The notes beneath the pieces are model-generated. The model was not told the DNA's origin. It saw only the letters and a list, made by a program, of their open reading frames with translations, and ran no database searches. Source: Felis catus (Eukaryota). Taken from it: 64,000 nucleotides of DNA. The stretch is from positions 122,700,001-122,764,000 of the forward strand of contig NC_058368.1 of NCBI RefSeq assembly GCF_018350175.1, written 5' to 3'. Positions 1 to 12,220 of this stretch are shown piece after piece (the first letter of the stretch is position 1; each line of letters opens with the position of its first letter). The position numbers and the translations under genes were made by a program.

Positions 1-92
1 ACTCCATTCTTTCTGGTTCTCATTTCTCTCTGTTTGCATCATGACTAGAAGAGTTTCGGGTGTATTCTGGCTAGGTGTCTGGAAAGATGATT

Positions 93-207
93 TAGGATGA
101 CCAACTATCCCTGTTTGGCCAGGACTGAGGAGTTTCCTGAGATGCAGGACATTTAAATACTAAAATCCAAACAGGCAGGGGGAAAATCAGAACAACTGGT
201 CACTGTA
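93..207. mobile_element. hAT-Blackjack MITE (MER81/MER94-like)
   Basis: ~115 bp with terminal inverted repeats taggatgacca...tggtcactgta; internal ggactgaggagtttcctgagatgcaggac resembles the recalled MER81 consensus. Confidence 0.75.
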
Positions 208-492
208 GGATGGTATTTGTTGGCCTAGTTACAGATCTTTGCTTCCACAAACCAGAGAAGACACCGTCACTTCCTGAGGCATAATACCCTGCTTCCCCTG
301 GCACCTATTATTTCTAAAAGCTTCCCAGTTGTTCTGATAACAAGCCAGGTTTGGGAGTGTCTGATGTGGTGTGGGTAATTCTTAAATAGAATCATTTCTA
401 TTGGTCTCAAATGAAAAATGCAACCGACAAACTATTTTCTTTTTCTAATTTTTTAATACCTTCGAAGTTGAACTGTATTTAAAAACAAAATA

Positions 493-665
493 GGGGCGCC
501 TAGATGACTCCGTTGATTAGGCTATTGACTCTTGATTTTGGCTCAGGTCATGATCTCACAGTTCCTGAGTTCAGGCCCTTTGGGATTCTCTCTCTTTCCT
601 TCTCTCTCTCTGCTCCTTCCCTGCTCATGCTCTGTTTCTCTCTCTTTCTCCAAAATATATAACGA
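493..665 (+). mobile_element. CanSINE (SINEC), internally deleted
   Basis: ggggcgcc head, ggctcaggtcatgatctcac core, (CT)n and A-rich tail. Confidence 0.9.
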
Positions 666-1525
666 ATATGTATAAAGATAACTGTGATCATAAGATATAT
701 GTGCAACATTACACTTTGCTTTCCTTTTCAACATTATATTGCTTTCCATGTGGTATAAGCTTGCTCCTATATCATAACATGCTCACCATAAATAGTACTT
801 TTAATGGTTAACTTATGCTTCAAGAGAATGGGCATAAGTCACTTTATCAGGCTCTTGACTAACTTTCAAGAGTAATGCCCTTAAAATAATCTACCAAGTG
901 CCAGGAGATCATTTTAAGACAGATATTCCAAAAACATAATCTAAAGAAGAATCACTATCCTGATAGATCACTACAACTAAGTCTTTGCTTCAGGTGAAGA
1001 ATATGTCCTTCCTCATGAATCTTTCTTTATTTCGGTGTTTTGTTGGTGTTGCTTTTAATTAAATGATAGAGTAGCTTGAGATGAAACTTAAAAAATAACC
1101 TATAATTCCACGGCTCTAACATAGCCATTCAAAGATGTATAGGCATATAGATATTTATAGAGCTATAATCAGACAATGGATGCACTTTTGTGTTCCTTTT
1201 TTTCCACTTAATATTGCATTATAGCCACCTGGCCATGTTATTACATAGTCCTTATAATTATCCCTTTTAATGGTGGCATAATCATCTGCAAGTCATTGCT
1301 TGTGGCTACACAGTTCCTCTGGTCTGAGAACAGGTAACAATTATATGGAATAACTGAGGAAGAAAAAATTATTTAAACACATTCTAAAGCAGTGATTTTC
1401 AGATTGTGATCCTCAGCATATCCCAAAGCTTACCATAGTATGGAAATGAAGAAGAATCTGGGCCTAACCAAGCTTCCTTCTCTCAGAACACTTCTCCTTT
1501 AAGTTCCTTTCAAAAGTATGCTCTT

Positions 1526-1592
1526 AAAAAGAAAAGAAAGAAGGAAGGAAGGAAGGAAGGAAGGAAGGAAGGAAGGAAGGAAGGAGAGAAAG

Positions 1593-1659
<67 letters not shown>

Positions 1660-1665
1660 AAAAAA
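1526..1665. repeat. Compound (AAGG)11/(GAAA)17 microsatellite in a 140-bp pure purine tract
   Basis: Read directly from the sequence. Confidence 0.97.
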
Positions 1666-1699
1666 TAAATAACCTAAAATTATGGAACGTTGTGGTAGA

Positions 1700-2090
1700 G
1701 ACTGTCATTTACTAGTTGTATCACTTTGGGCAAGTTACACAGATGCCTGAGTTTCCTTACCTAAAAATGAGGGTGTTAATATCCAGTTACGGAATCAATA
1801 AGTCACAGGAATGAAAGGCACAGCATAGGGAATATAGTCAATGGTATTGCGGTAGGATTGTATGGTGACAGATGGCAGCTACACTTGTGAGCACAGCATA
1901 ATTTATACACTTGTTGAATCATTATGTTGTACACCTGACACTAATGTAACACTGTGAGTCAACTATACTCAAAATAAAAAGTGAACATGTTCATTTTACC
2001 TAACTCATTGGGTTGTGGTAAAGATTAAATGAATGTATGTGTGATATGTATAGATTGTGTAGAACAATGGCCGGCACCTAACTGTTGTAT
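1700..2090 (+). mobile_element. MIR split by an L1 fragment
   Basis: ttgggcaagtt...gagtttccttacctaaaaatgag, resuming after the L1 as tcattgggttgtggtaaagattaaatga. Confidence 0.7.
1782..1980 (+). mobile_element. Carnivore L1 3' UTR fragment
   Basis: cagcatagggaatatagtcaat...gttgtacacctgacactaatgtaacactgtgagtcaactatactcaaaataaaaa is a typical L1 3' terminus. Confidence 0.88.
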
Positions 2091-2239
2091 GTTTTTTAAA
2101 TACATAAAATAAAAACTGGGGGAAAAAAACAGTATCAGGGCAACAAACCTAGAGAACATTCTTGCGAATTTTAAAGCAAGAAAGAACAATTAGTGATAGA
2201 TCTATGGATGGCAGTGATAGCCCCAACATAGAAAAAGCC

Positions 2240-2480
2240 TTACCCCTAGGCTTGGGAGTAAGATCACCAAACTGTATGACTAGACTCTAATACCCCATAC
2301 CTGTGTAACTTTGGGCAATTGACTTAGCTTCCCTAAGTCTTGATTTTTCTCAACCGTCAAAAAGTGGTGATAATATTAGCTACATCATAAGGTTTCTGTG
2401 AGCAGTAAACGAAGTTATCCCTATAGAGCATTTAACCCAGGACTTGGCACACACCGAGTCTTCAATAATAGATAGGCAGG
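2240..2480 (+). mobile_element. MIR
   Basis: ctgtgtaactttgggcaattgacttagcttccctaagtcttgattttt...aataatagc-like core. Confidence 0.7.
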
Positions 2481-2867
2481 ATCATCCCGGGTACAATGGT
2501 TTGTTGAACACTAAGTGGAATTTTGGGGGGGCACCTGCAATTTGTTTTATTTTTTAAACGACCAAATATACTATATAAGGTGTCCAGATGGTCACGATGG
2601 AAAAGAAATTCGGTTTCGGTTTGCAAACACAGTAGAGGAAGGAAATCTATGCTGATATCTCTCTGGAAGTTAACGTGCAGACACCAGCTTTTCCATCACT
2701 GCAGGTGTGGCATTTGGGAATTCATGGCAACAGTGGAAAGCACTGCCTGAGGAATTAGGGGATCCAACTCTTGTCCCAGTTTTATCCTAAATTTGCCATG
2801 TGACCTTAAATAAGCCACTTTTCTGCTTCTCTCTTAAATTATCTCCTGTCTAAAATGAGGTGGTTGA

Positions 2868-3300
2868 GGGGCACCTGGGTGGCTCAGTCGGTTAAGGGTT
2901 CAACTCTTGCTTTCAGATCAGGTCATTATCGCATGGTTCCCGGCATCCAGCCCCAGGTCGGTCACTGCTGACAGCACGGAGCCTGCTTGGAATTCTCTCT
3001 CTCCCTCTCTCTCTGCTCCTGTTTGTGAGCACACGTGTTTTCTCTCTGTCTCAAAATAAATAAATAAACTTTAGGGGCCCATGGGTGGCTCAGTTGGTTA
3101 GGTGTCCAACTTCGGCTCAGGTCATGATCTTGTAGTTCGTGGGTTTAAGCCCCACATTGTATCCTCTTGTCTTTCTCTTTCATTCTGCCCCTCCCACTCT
3201 CTCTCAAAAATAAATAAACATTTTTAAAAATTCTGGTAAAATATAACGGGTATTAAAAAATAATAATAAATAAATAAACTTTAAAAAATAAAAAATAAAG
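2868..3300 (+). mobile_element. Two CanSINEs; the second (from ~3074) lies in the tail of the first
   Basis: Two heads; aataaataaataaacttta occurs on both sides of the second copy. Confidence 0.9.
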
Positions 3301-3934
3301 TGGAGTGGTTGACTAACAGACAAGCTCAAAGATCTCTTTTTCTCTCTTATTCCTATGGAGTCAAGAGGTATGTGCTATTTTTAGAATCCAGGACATCAAG
3401 GTTTTACAGATAAGAGGTGTTACATTTTACAGAGCAGTATGCAACTTTGGTAAAGATTGCCAATTGTAAAATCTGTTATGTTGGCTCCATCTTTTCTCCC
3501 TATGGGAGAGAAATTATCATACAAAATAATCAAGATTTGGTGGAGAAATTCCTGGAAAATATGGATGGTGTTGTAAGTTTCTACTTCAAAAAAAATATTT
3601 TACCCAGATATTTGTAGTTGGAATCCATGTATTTAGCTTAAACACTCCCTTGTCTGTAAAATAAAATGAATTACCACCCTTAACATTGTATCTGGCCTTA
3701 AGCAGAGGGGAAAAACATTCTTGGTCAGCAGTACAGTAGAATTAGAGAATGCTTGCCTTATTTAGTCATGGTCTGGCTAAGTCATTCCGACTGATATTGT
3801 TTGGAATGAAAACTTGACCAGATGTTCACTTAAATGAACTAGAGATTAATTATCAGTCCTACCATATTATCTTGGAGGGTGGGTATAATCATCTCCAAAG
3901 AATTTCCTGGAGCCGGACACAAAAGTTGCCAATT

Positions 3935-4195
3935 GTAATCACAGCAAACACTTTTAAAATACACACAATGTACCAGGCATCCCTCTAAAGGCCTCACATG
4001 TATTAATTCATCCGGTCACACACTCCTCCTTGGAGGAAGGTACTATTGTTATCCTTATTTCATGAATGACGTCATGGGTCTCGAAGAAGTAAGGGGCTCA
4101 CCTGTGGTCACTGTTGACTAAGTGGTAACGGCAGAATTTGAATCCAGGAACACTGACCCATAGGTCTTCACTTTTAAAATTATGCTATACTCATT
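3935..4195 (-). mobile_element. MIR
   Basis: tgtattaattcatcc...aaggtactattgttatccttattt...cagaatttgaatccagg. Confidence 0.75.
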
Positions 4196-6190
4196 GCTTA
4201 TGTAATAATTATATAAATTATGATCTTATTAGTTTATGTTAATTGTATAAATCAGTCCTTTGTTTTTGACTTAGGTGTTATTAAAACTTGAATCTATTAG
4301 GCTCTTCTCTAATCTGTCAATGAGTAAAGATGAATTTGAACTTTTGTGAGTAGGAAAAAAAACACAGAGCCCAATCCAAGGGCAGGAAGAATGCTAAATT
4401 TTGGAGAAAACATTTACACACCTGATTAAAAATCTCTTGGGTTACCAAATCAACATATCTGCTGCTTATTCATCTCTTAAAATAATTTGAGGAATGTAAG
4501 AGTAACTGAAATTTAGATCTCTACTCCTTGTCTGCATTAGATATCTGGAATGTTTTGTTGTTATGATCAAAGCCAGGCAGATAATGCTGATTGAGGCTTC
4601 TTGGTTAACCTTAGGAAGAAGCAATAAGAACTATTGAATTCTCCTCATTTACAATGGAATCTCAAAAATTTCTTTGTTGTTGGGGTTTGTTAAAATTACT
4701 ATACTGGTTGACACTGACATTCTTCTAAGCTTAACTTACTGTCTGAAAGCTCCCTTATCTTTTGTCAGCATATACTCTCCAACAATATAAAGAAAGCATA
4801 ACATTTATGCTATCCATTTAGGTTTTGAAATAACAGAGTGGTTTCAAAACGATGTTGGTTCTGGATGGGGAGATTGTGGATGGATCTTTTCAAATCAGGG
4901 ACTGAGAACTCATAATATATTTGAGTAGCATAATTTCATCTCAGACTCAATCCTCCATTTTTTTTTCCTCTTAAGGATTGTGTTAAAGATATTTTTAATA
5001 CAGCCTATTTTTTTTTTAAATTCCTCTCTCTGTGAAGATTTTCAATCCATTTGCATGCAACACAAGCTCTCATTTATATAATTAGGATCCCAGAAACTTG
5101 CAGCAGTTGGCTGTGACATCTGCATAGATGCAATTTTGTGAGTTCAAGCATTGCAATATGACATGTGAATTAAAAGCTTGGGATAAGAAAGGGAGGCAGC
5201 TTTGACACAAGTATAAATATTGTGCTAATCACAAGCCACAAAACAAGTTAGAACTCAGATTAAGACTTTGATTAGCTAAGATATTGTCTATCCTAATAAT
5301 AAAAGAAACCAGCTTAGTCGTGCCTCCTACTAAACATAGAATTTCTCTAGTAGGGAATCTGTGTCCTGTCACCTAAATTGTTTGTCCTTTTAAGGAGGTT
5401 TTTCTTTTCCTACTATTAAAAAATACACATGATCAATGAATAAAGCATAGAAAAGTAGAAAGATTACCTAGAGTCTCTACATTATCACCCTTATACTGTT
5501 ATTTAAATGTTGGCACACATCTACTTAGTTATAATTATGCATAGAAGTGCTGCATCCTTCATTTTGAAAGCCGAACATAAAACTGTCTGTATTTTCTTTG
5601 TATCTTTTCTTTATGGAACCATAGCTTTTACTAGTTTTTATAATAGTGTTCTGAGTGGGTGCTCTATAGTTAACGACATATTTCTAGATGCCTGAACAAC
5701 TAATATGTTTCCCACTTTTCTATTCTAATAAATAATTGTTTGGTGTTCATCTTCATGTCTAAACATTTTCCTTTTTAGGATTATTTCTTTGTGTTAGAGT
5801 CCCTCAAGTGGACTCACTCCTCAAAAATGTTGTATTCTGAAGTTTATGGCAGATAAACATATTTTATCAGCTTATACTAACTTCTTGCAATAAACTCATC
5901 TATGGTACACTGTTAATTGGTTTACCTCATTCCAAAAATGAACTTTGGAAAGCAGAAAGTCACTGCTCCCCAAAGGAATTCTGTGTTTTTCCAGTGCTGT
6001 AAACAAAGTTTCTGTATTTTCCTTATGTGACTTTATCTTTCTGCTATGGCACATGTTTCTGCCAGGAACCTAAGTCCTTGAGTTTATTCACTGGAAGGTT
6101 CTGCCTTTGACTACTGGCTCTTTCCACCTAGATGAATTCCCTTGTGTGACCCCAGTCTTCTGCCTCTCTCCCAGCAAGAGCGGATACTGT

Positions 6191-6418
6191 GGAGGCACCT
6201 GGGGGGTTCGGTTGCTTGAGCGTCCGACTCTTGGTTTTGGCTCAGGTCATGATCTCATGAATTGTGGGATTGAGCCCCACGTGGGGCTTCATGCTGACAG
6301 CAGAGAGCCTGCTTGGGATTCTCTCTCTCCCTCTCTCTCTGCCCCTCACCTGCTCCCACACACGTGCTTGCTCTCTCCTCTCTTCCTCTCTCTAAAAATA
6401 AATAAACTTAAAAAAAAT
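6191..6418 (+). mobile_element. CanSINE with TSD
   Basis: Full body; flanks agagcggatactgtgg / agagtggatactgtgg. Confidence 0.93.
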
Positions 6419-6499
6419 AGAGAGTGGATACTGTGGTTATTTCCCCACGTCCAGTCTAGTTGTTCCATATGTCAATACTTTGGAAAATTGACCCTACCA

Positions 6500-6680
6500 C
6501 AGCTGTGGCAGTGGTCTCTGATTTCATGTGATTGACCTTTCATTTGCCCACCACTCCAACGAAATTGCTCAGGCCATGTCACCAATGTCCTTTTTGTTTA
6601 AATCCATTAATCAGTTCTTAGCCCTCACCTTCTTGATCTCTCAGCAGCAGTTAGCACACTTTCTCACTTGGCTTCCAGGA
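6500..6680 (+). mobile_element. L2 fragment
   Basis: ccaccactccaacgaaattgctc...tcaccaatg...cttgatctctcagcagca resembles L2 ORF2; similar sequence resumes near 7186. Confidence 0.65.
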
Positions 6681-6681
6681 C

Positions 6682-7170
6682 CTAGTCAATCAGGATCTAA
6701 TCAAGAAAACAAAAACTCTTCTTAGTATTTTAACAAAGGGAATTTAATTCAGGGCCTTGATGACACAGGTGACAAAACATGAAAAGCCAAACAGGAGATA
6801 CTGAGGAAACCAGAGATTGGCAACAGCAGAAATTCAGTACCAACCTAGGCTGGAGGAACAAAGAGGAGAGAAGGTGCCCATGGGCTTCCGGCTAATGGAG
6901 GACTTGTCTAGCAGAAGCCACAACCCAGGAAGAGATACAGCCACAACCAGAGACACCACCCCAGAGAAGGAGAGAAAGCCCTTGATTTCTCCTTTTCTCC
7001 CTCACTGCAATTTTCCATCAATGCCCTTCAATAGCTAATCCCAGTTAGAAACCAACATTAGAATCCTGGAAAAGCAGGTTGTCCTGGTCCATTCCACTGC
7101 CACACAGAGTCAAGTGGAGGAAAAATGAGGGATGGATTGAGAATCTACAGGGCCAAGTCTGGCGTAACAG
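6682..7170 (-). mobile_element. Ancient LTR (ERVL/MamGyp-type)
   Basis: tagtcaatcaggatctaatcaagaaaac...aaagggaatttaattcaggg start is typical of old LTR minus strands; it interrupts the L2. Confidence 0.55.
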
Positions 7171-7329
7171 ACTTGCTATATCCCCTATTTGCCGGTCACT
7201 CCTTCCTTGGCTTTCTACTGGCCTACTCTTCTCCATGTACTTTTAATATACAACTGCTTTGACGCGTACTCTTTATTTCCTCTTTTCTTCTAGTTGTCCA
7301 TGAAGCTTAACACACTTCCTCAACCCTAA

Positions 7330-8234
7330 ATTGCTCTAAATTGTTTAAAACAACAATTTATTGTCACCTCTTATGATTCTGTGTGTTGACTGGGCTCAGT
7401 TGGCCAATTCTCTCTTGGAATCCATGATGAATTTTATGGTGAACATTGCGATATGTCAATGAGATCTTATTTTAGGAATGAAGGACATACTATGTCAGTT
7501 GCTGGGAGCGTGGCTGACAACCCTCAGCTGTTCGTCTCATTCAGGGAATGCCTCTGAGCATCACCTCATCTAAGTTCTCTTACTCTTCCCAAGGTAGCCC
7601 ATATCTGATGAATATGTGAATATAAAGGCCAACACTTTTCATCCCAACTTGGGATATATATGGAATTGTCCCAGCCTCAGAACTCCCTAAAGGAGTCAGT
7701 TCTTCTGACTTCAGACTTCTGATGAGATTGTCTAGATGTTTGATTTCTCCTTTTGTCGATCCTGCTTCCTATGCTTCCCTTCCCTTCAACAGGTATGCAT
7801 ACCCAAAGCACTCTCTAGTGAACCTCCTCTGTCTCAGAATCTGCTTCCTGGGGAACTCAGCCTACAACATGGTTGCACTCAGACAATGTCTGAGGTTGGA
7901 GTCATCTAACGGATTGATTGGGCTGGACACTAAATGGCTCACTCACAATGCTGACAGTTGTCACTATCAATCAGGACTATCAGTTGGAATGTCTACACAT
8001 AGTCTCTCCACCTGGCTTGGGTTTCTCTCAGCATAGTGGCTGGGTTCCAGATGGGAGCATTCCAAACATAAGTGTTGAAGAGACCTGGGCATATTGTCAC
8101 TTCTCAGAATGTCGCTTTTTTTGGTCAAGCAAACAACAAAAATGCAGAGAGTGGAGTGTTAGACACCCCTCGTAATATGAGGGAAAATATTTCCCTACAA
8201 AGAAGAAAGAAAAGAATGGAGGCTTTCTACCACA
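7330..8234 (-). mobile_element. MaLR LTR (MLT1-like) interrupted by LTR16
   Basis: aaacaacaatttattgtcacctcttatgattctgtgtgttgactgggctcag, resuming at ~7870 with ggttggagtcatct...gggtttctctcagcatagtggctgggttcca. Confidence 0.7.
7435..7869 (+). mobile_element. LTR16-family solo LTR (ERVL)
   Basis: cagttgctgggagcgtggctgacaaccctcagctg...ctctgtctcagaatctgcttcctggggaactcagcctacaaca. Confidence 0.75.
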
Positions 8235-8277
8235 TTTTCTCCTTTCTTTACCACTCCATTAAAACTGCTCCCATCTT

Positions 8278-8745
8278 GGGGTGCCTGGGTGGCTCAGTCA
8301 ATTAAGTGTCCAGCTCTTGATTCTGGCTCAGGTCATGATCTCACGGTCATGATCTCATGGTTGTGAGGTCAAGCCCCAAGTCAAGCCCTCCATACTGGGT
8401 GTGGAACCTGCTTAGGATTCTCTCTCTCTTTCTCTCTCTCTCTCCCTCTGCCCCTCCCCTGTTCACATGCACAAGTGCACTTTCTCTGTCTCAAAACAAA
8501 AAATTAATTAAAAATAATAAAATAGGGGGCCTGGGTGGCTCAGTCAGTTAAGCTTCCAACTTCGGTTGGGGTCAGGATCTCACGGTTTGTGAGGTCAAGC
8601 CCCACATTGGGCTCCCTTCTGTCAGCGCAGAGCCACTTCAGGTCCTCTGTCTCCCTCTCTCTCTGCCCCTCCCCTGTGCTCTTGTTCTTTCTCAAAAATA
8701 AACAAACACTAAAAAAATAAAAAATAAATAAAAATAAAAAATAAA
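8278..8745 (+). mobile_element. Tandem CanSINE pair
   Basis: Heads at ~8278 and ~8525; outer flanks aaactgctccc / aaactgttcct. Confidence 0.9.
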
Positions 8746-10070
8746 CTGTTCCTGTTTTAATCCCCAGTGATCTTCATATGGTAAATCCCATGATCTATTC
8801 TCAGTTGTAATCTCACTTGACCTCTCCTCAGTATCTCTCATTTCTTTGATGATCTCATAATATCTATTAACTGATGGCTTCACAATTTATATTCTAGCTC
8901 AGTACTATCTTGCAAACTGTGACTCCTATTTCCAACTGCCGTCTCATCATCTCAAACTGATGTGTCAAAACTGAATTTCTGATCTTCCACTGAAATACTA
9001 CTCTTTCCCAAACTTTTTCATCACTGTGAACACCATTCTTACAGTTACTGAGACCAAAAGGCTTAGAATCATCCCCAACTCTTGTCTTTCTTTCATAGTT
9101 TATATATAACTCAATAAAAAATACTGTTTGTTCAACTTTCAAAACATGTCCCAGGGGTGCTTGAGTGGTTCAGTCAGTTAATCATCTGACTCTTTATCTC
9201 AGCTCAGGTCTCCATCTGGGGTCCCCACACTGGGCTCCACCCTGGACAAGGAGCTGGCTTAAAACCAAACCAAAACAAAACAAAACAAAACAAAACGTTT
9301 CCTGTATCTGACTACTTTGCACCAGCTCTTGTTACCACCCTATTCTGAGAATCTATCTTCTTTCACCTGGATTACTTCAACAGCCTCCTAACTGGACCCT
9401 TTATTTCAACTCTTGTCCCCTTATAGTCCATTCACAACTCATCAGCTGGATGGTTCCTTTTAAAAACAAGTCAGATCATGAAATTTCTGAGGGGGAAAAA
9501 AAGCAAAACAAAACAAAACAAAACAGTGGCTCCCCCTCTCATTCCACATAATAGTCAAGCCTTTTCAGGTGCTCATAAGATTTATATAATTGGTTCCATT
9601 ATGTCTCTGACCTCATGTTGCATTTTTGCAACACTTTGGTTTCACTGCTATTCTTTGAATGTGCTATGCTTGCTCATGCCTTAGAGTCATTGCACTGGCT
9701 ATTTGCTCTGCTTGGGGTGCTTTTTGTGAAGATAATCTGATAGATAACTCTCTCCTTTCCTTGAAGGTTTTATTCAAATGTTGTCTTCTTAATGAGTCCT
9801 GTGTTAACCATCTTGTTTAAAATCGAAACAATCTATGTCAACTTATAACAGCCCAATTACGCTTTCCTCTGCTTTATCTTTTTATTCCACAGCATTTATC
9901 ACCTTTTAAACTAATATATAATTCACTTATTTATTGTGTAAATGTCTATCTCCCCTCCCCCACTATTATATGGATTTTTATTTTCTTTACTGCTGTATTC
10001 CAAATGCTTAGAACAATGCCTGACATGTAATAGGCACTCAAATATTTATCGAATGAATGAATAAGTGAAT
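8745..10070 (+). mobile_element. L2 3' portion with a SINE inserted at 9154-9295
   Basis: cacctggattacttcaacagcctcctaactgg...tagaacaatgcctgacatgtaataggcactcaaatatttatcgaatgaatgaat terminus. Confidence 0.85.
9154..9295 (+). mobile_element. Short CanSINE with (CAAAA)n tail
   Basis: ggggtgcttgagtggttcagtcagttaa head; flanks caaaacatgtcc / caaaacgtttcc. Confidence 0.85.
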
Positions 10071-10099
10071 CATCATAAACCAGTCCTTTGCCATCAGTT

Positions 10100-10520
10100 C
10101 ATGGAATTCACCCAGAGGAGAGTTTAGACTGGGAAAGTACTTGTGATTCAGTTAAGGTCAATGAGAAGAAAATCTTTGTTGAGTAATTTTGGAAGTTGCT
10201 CACTCTTCTGAGAGAGCTTCTAAAAGACATCTTTTCTCACCCTCTGGATGATATGGCATGAGGATATGAAATCTGGAGCTGCTGCAGCCATCCTGTACTG
10301 AGGCAAGCCTTCTTCCAAATAAAGTGTCAGTGTGTAAGGCAGAGGAGAGTGATGAAAGATGGGTCCTTGATGACACTGCTGAGTTGTGGAGTGAAATCAA
10401 TTCTGAAGCCTTTGCTAACTCTGAATCTTCTAGTTATGACAGGCAATACATCTCCTTCGTTAGTTAAGTCAATGTGAATTGCATTTTGATTACCTACAAT
10501 ATACAATACTCTCTGAGACA
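10100..10520 (+). mobile_element. MaLR LTR (MLT1J/K-like)
   Basis: tctggagctgctgcagccatc...gggtccttgatgacactgctgag...cttctagttatga motifs. Confidence 0.7.
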
Positions 10521-10719
10521 CCCTTTAAGCAAGATTTTGTTTCTACAGTGCAAAGATACTTCTAGGGTTGTCTAGGATGATCTCTTCAAAAGTCTTACAT
10601 TTGTTTTCTGAGTTCTCCATAATGTTCTATGTTGCCATAAACTGATTCAAACATATCCCATCCATCAGGTTTTCTTGGATTATGAATGTTTTTGAAAAGA
10701 TTAGATCTTTTAGGTTTTT

Positions 10720-10779
10720 TAAATTTATTTAAAATTTATTTAAAATTTATTTAAAATTTATTTAAAATTTATTTAAAAT

Positions 10780-10810
<31 letters not shown>

Positions 10811-11012
10811 TAATGTTAATTATTTTTGAGAGAGACAGAGACAGAGTGTGAGCAGGGGAGGGGCAGAGAGAGAGGGCAGACAGAATCCAAAGCAGGCTCT
10901 AGGCTCTGAGCTGTCAGCATAGAGCCCGACACAGGGCTCAAACTCATGAACTGCGAGATCGTGACCTGAGCCAAAGTCAGACACTTAACTGACTGAGCCA
11001 CCCAGGTGTCCC
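10720..11012 (-). mobile_element. CanSINE whose tail expanded into (AAATTTATTTA)n + (TTTA)n
   Basis: Antisense SINE body 10815-11012; tandem 11-mer and 4-mer at 10720-10810. Confidence 0.92.
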
Positions 11013-11149
11013 TAGTTTTTTATTTACTGTTTACTATTTACTTACTCATCAAATAATATCTATTTCTATGTTCCTAACTGATGGTAGTCTTGGATATATC
11101 CACTGCTGAGTTCTGATTATTTGAATCTATTTCTGCTCCAAGTATCAGT

Positions 11150-11833
11150 AAATGGTATGGCCCCTATTACTTTTCTTCCCCTCTCCCCTTATGACTTTTC
11201 TGACCTTATTTCTTACAACTCTCCCACTCGCTCACTCTGTTCTATCCCAGCTGGCCTCCTTGCTGCTGTTCCAAAGCATCATGCATTCTCTGCTATCTCA
11301 GGACAGTTGAACTGGACATTCACCGTAAAGCATTCTTTTCATAGTTGTATTCCTGGCTTCCTACCTCAACTTCTTTGCATTTGAATTCAAGCCTTTTCAA
11401 ATATAGTTGTAATGGTTAATTTTCCAGGTCCATTTCACTGGGCTAAGGGATGCCTAGATGGCTGCTAATACATTATTTCTGGGTGTGTCTGTGAACCTGT
11501 GTTTAGGCAAGATTTCAATCACTAGACCAAATAAATGTGAGTGAGCCAAATCCATCCATTAAGGGTCTGGATAAAATAAAAGGTAGAGAAAGAGTAAATT
11601 TGATGCTTGACCTGGAACATCTATCTTTCCTTGCCCTTGGACATAGACACTCATGCCTCTCAGGCCTTTGGACTCAGATCAGGAGCCACACCACTGAGTT
11701 CCCTGGTTGTAAGGCCTTCAAGCTTGGATCGGAAGCATACCACCAGCTTTCCTGGACCTCCAGCTTGCAGGCAGCAGATTGTGAGACTTGTTCACGTCCA
11801 GAATGGCGTGAAACAAACTCTCATAATAAATCC

Positions 11834-11866
<33 letters not shown>

Positions 11867-12220
11867 ATCTATCTATCTATCAGCTATCTCTTCTCGGTTC
11901 TGTTTCCCTGGTAAACCCTGACTAATATGATCACTTCCTTAGGGAGGCCTTCTCTGACCTTCCCATTTAAAATTATACCTTTCCCTCTTCACTCATTCCC
12001 TACCCCTATTCCTGTGTTTATTTTACTGCACAGTACTAAGAGCCTTTCTCATGTAATTTTAATGTATTTACTTATTCTATGTGTATCTCCCTCAGGACGT
12101 ACAGATCTTCCCTATTTTTTTTTTGTTGTTACTATAGCCCCAGTGCCTTAAAAAGTGCCAGACACATGTGTAGGGATCCAATAAATGTTGCATTTATTAA
12201 GTGATGAATGAATGAATTTA
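11150..12220 (+). mobile_element. L2 3' portion interrupted by MLT2
   Basis: ctctcccactcgctcactctgttc...; resumes tcacttccttagggaggccttctctgacc...aataaatgttg...gaatgaatgaat. Confidence 0.75.
11408..11928 (+). mobile_element. MLT2 solo LTR (ERVL) with internal (TCTA)n
   Basis: tgtaatggttaatttt...ggctaagggatgcctagatggc...ggttctgtttccctggtaaaccctgactaata. Confidence 0.88.

Noticed and set aside
1499..1715. Low-complexity K/E/R and F/L/S ORFs (also 59259-59547)
   Set aside because: Produced by (AAGG)n/(GAAA)n repeats
10720..10810. Regular 11-bp tandem array
   Set aside because: No spacers; it is an expanded SINE tail, not a CRISPR-like array
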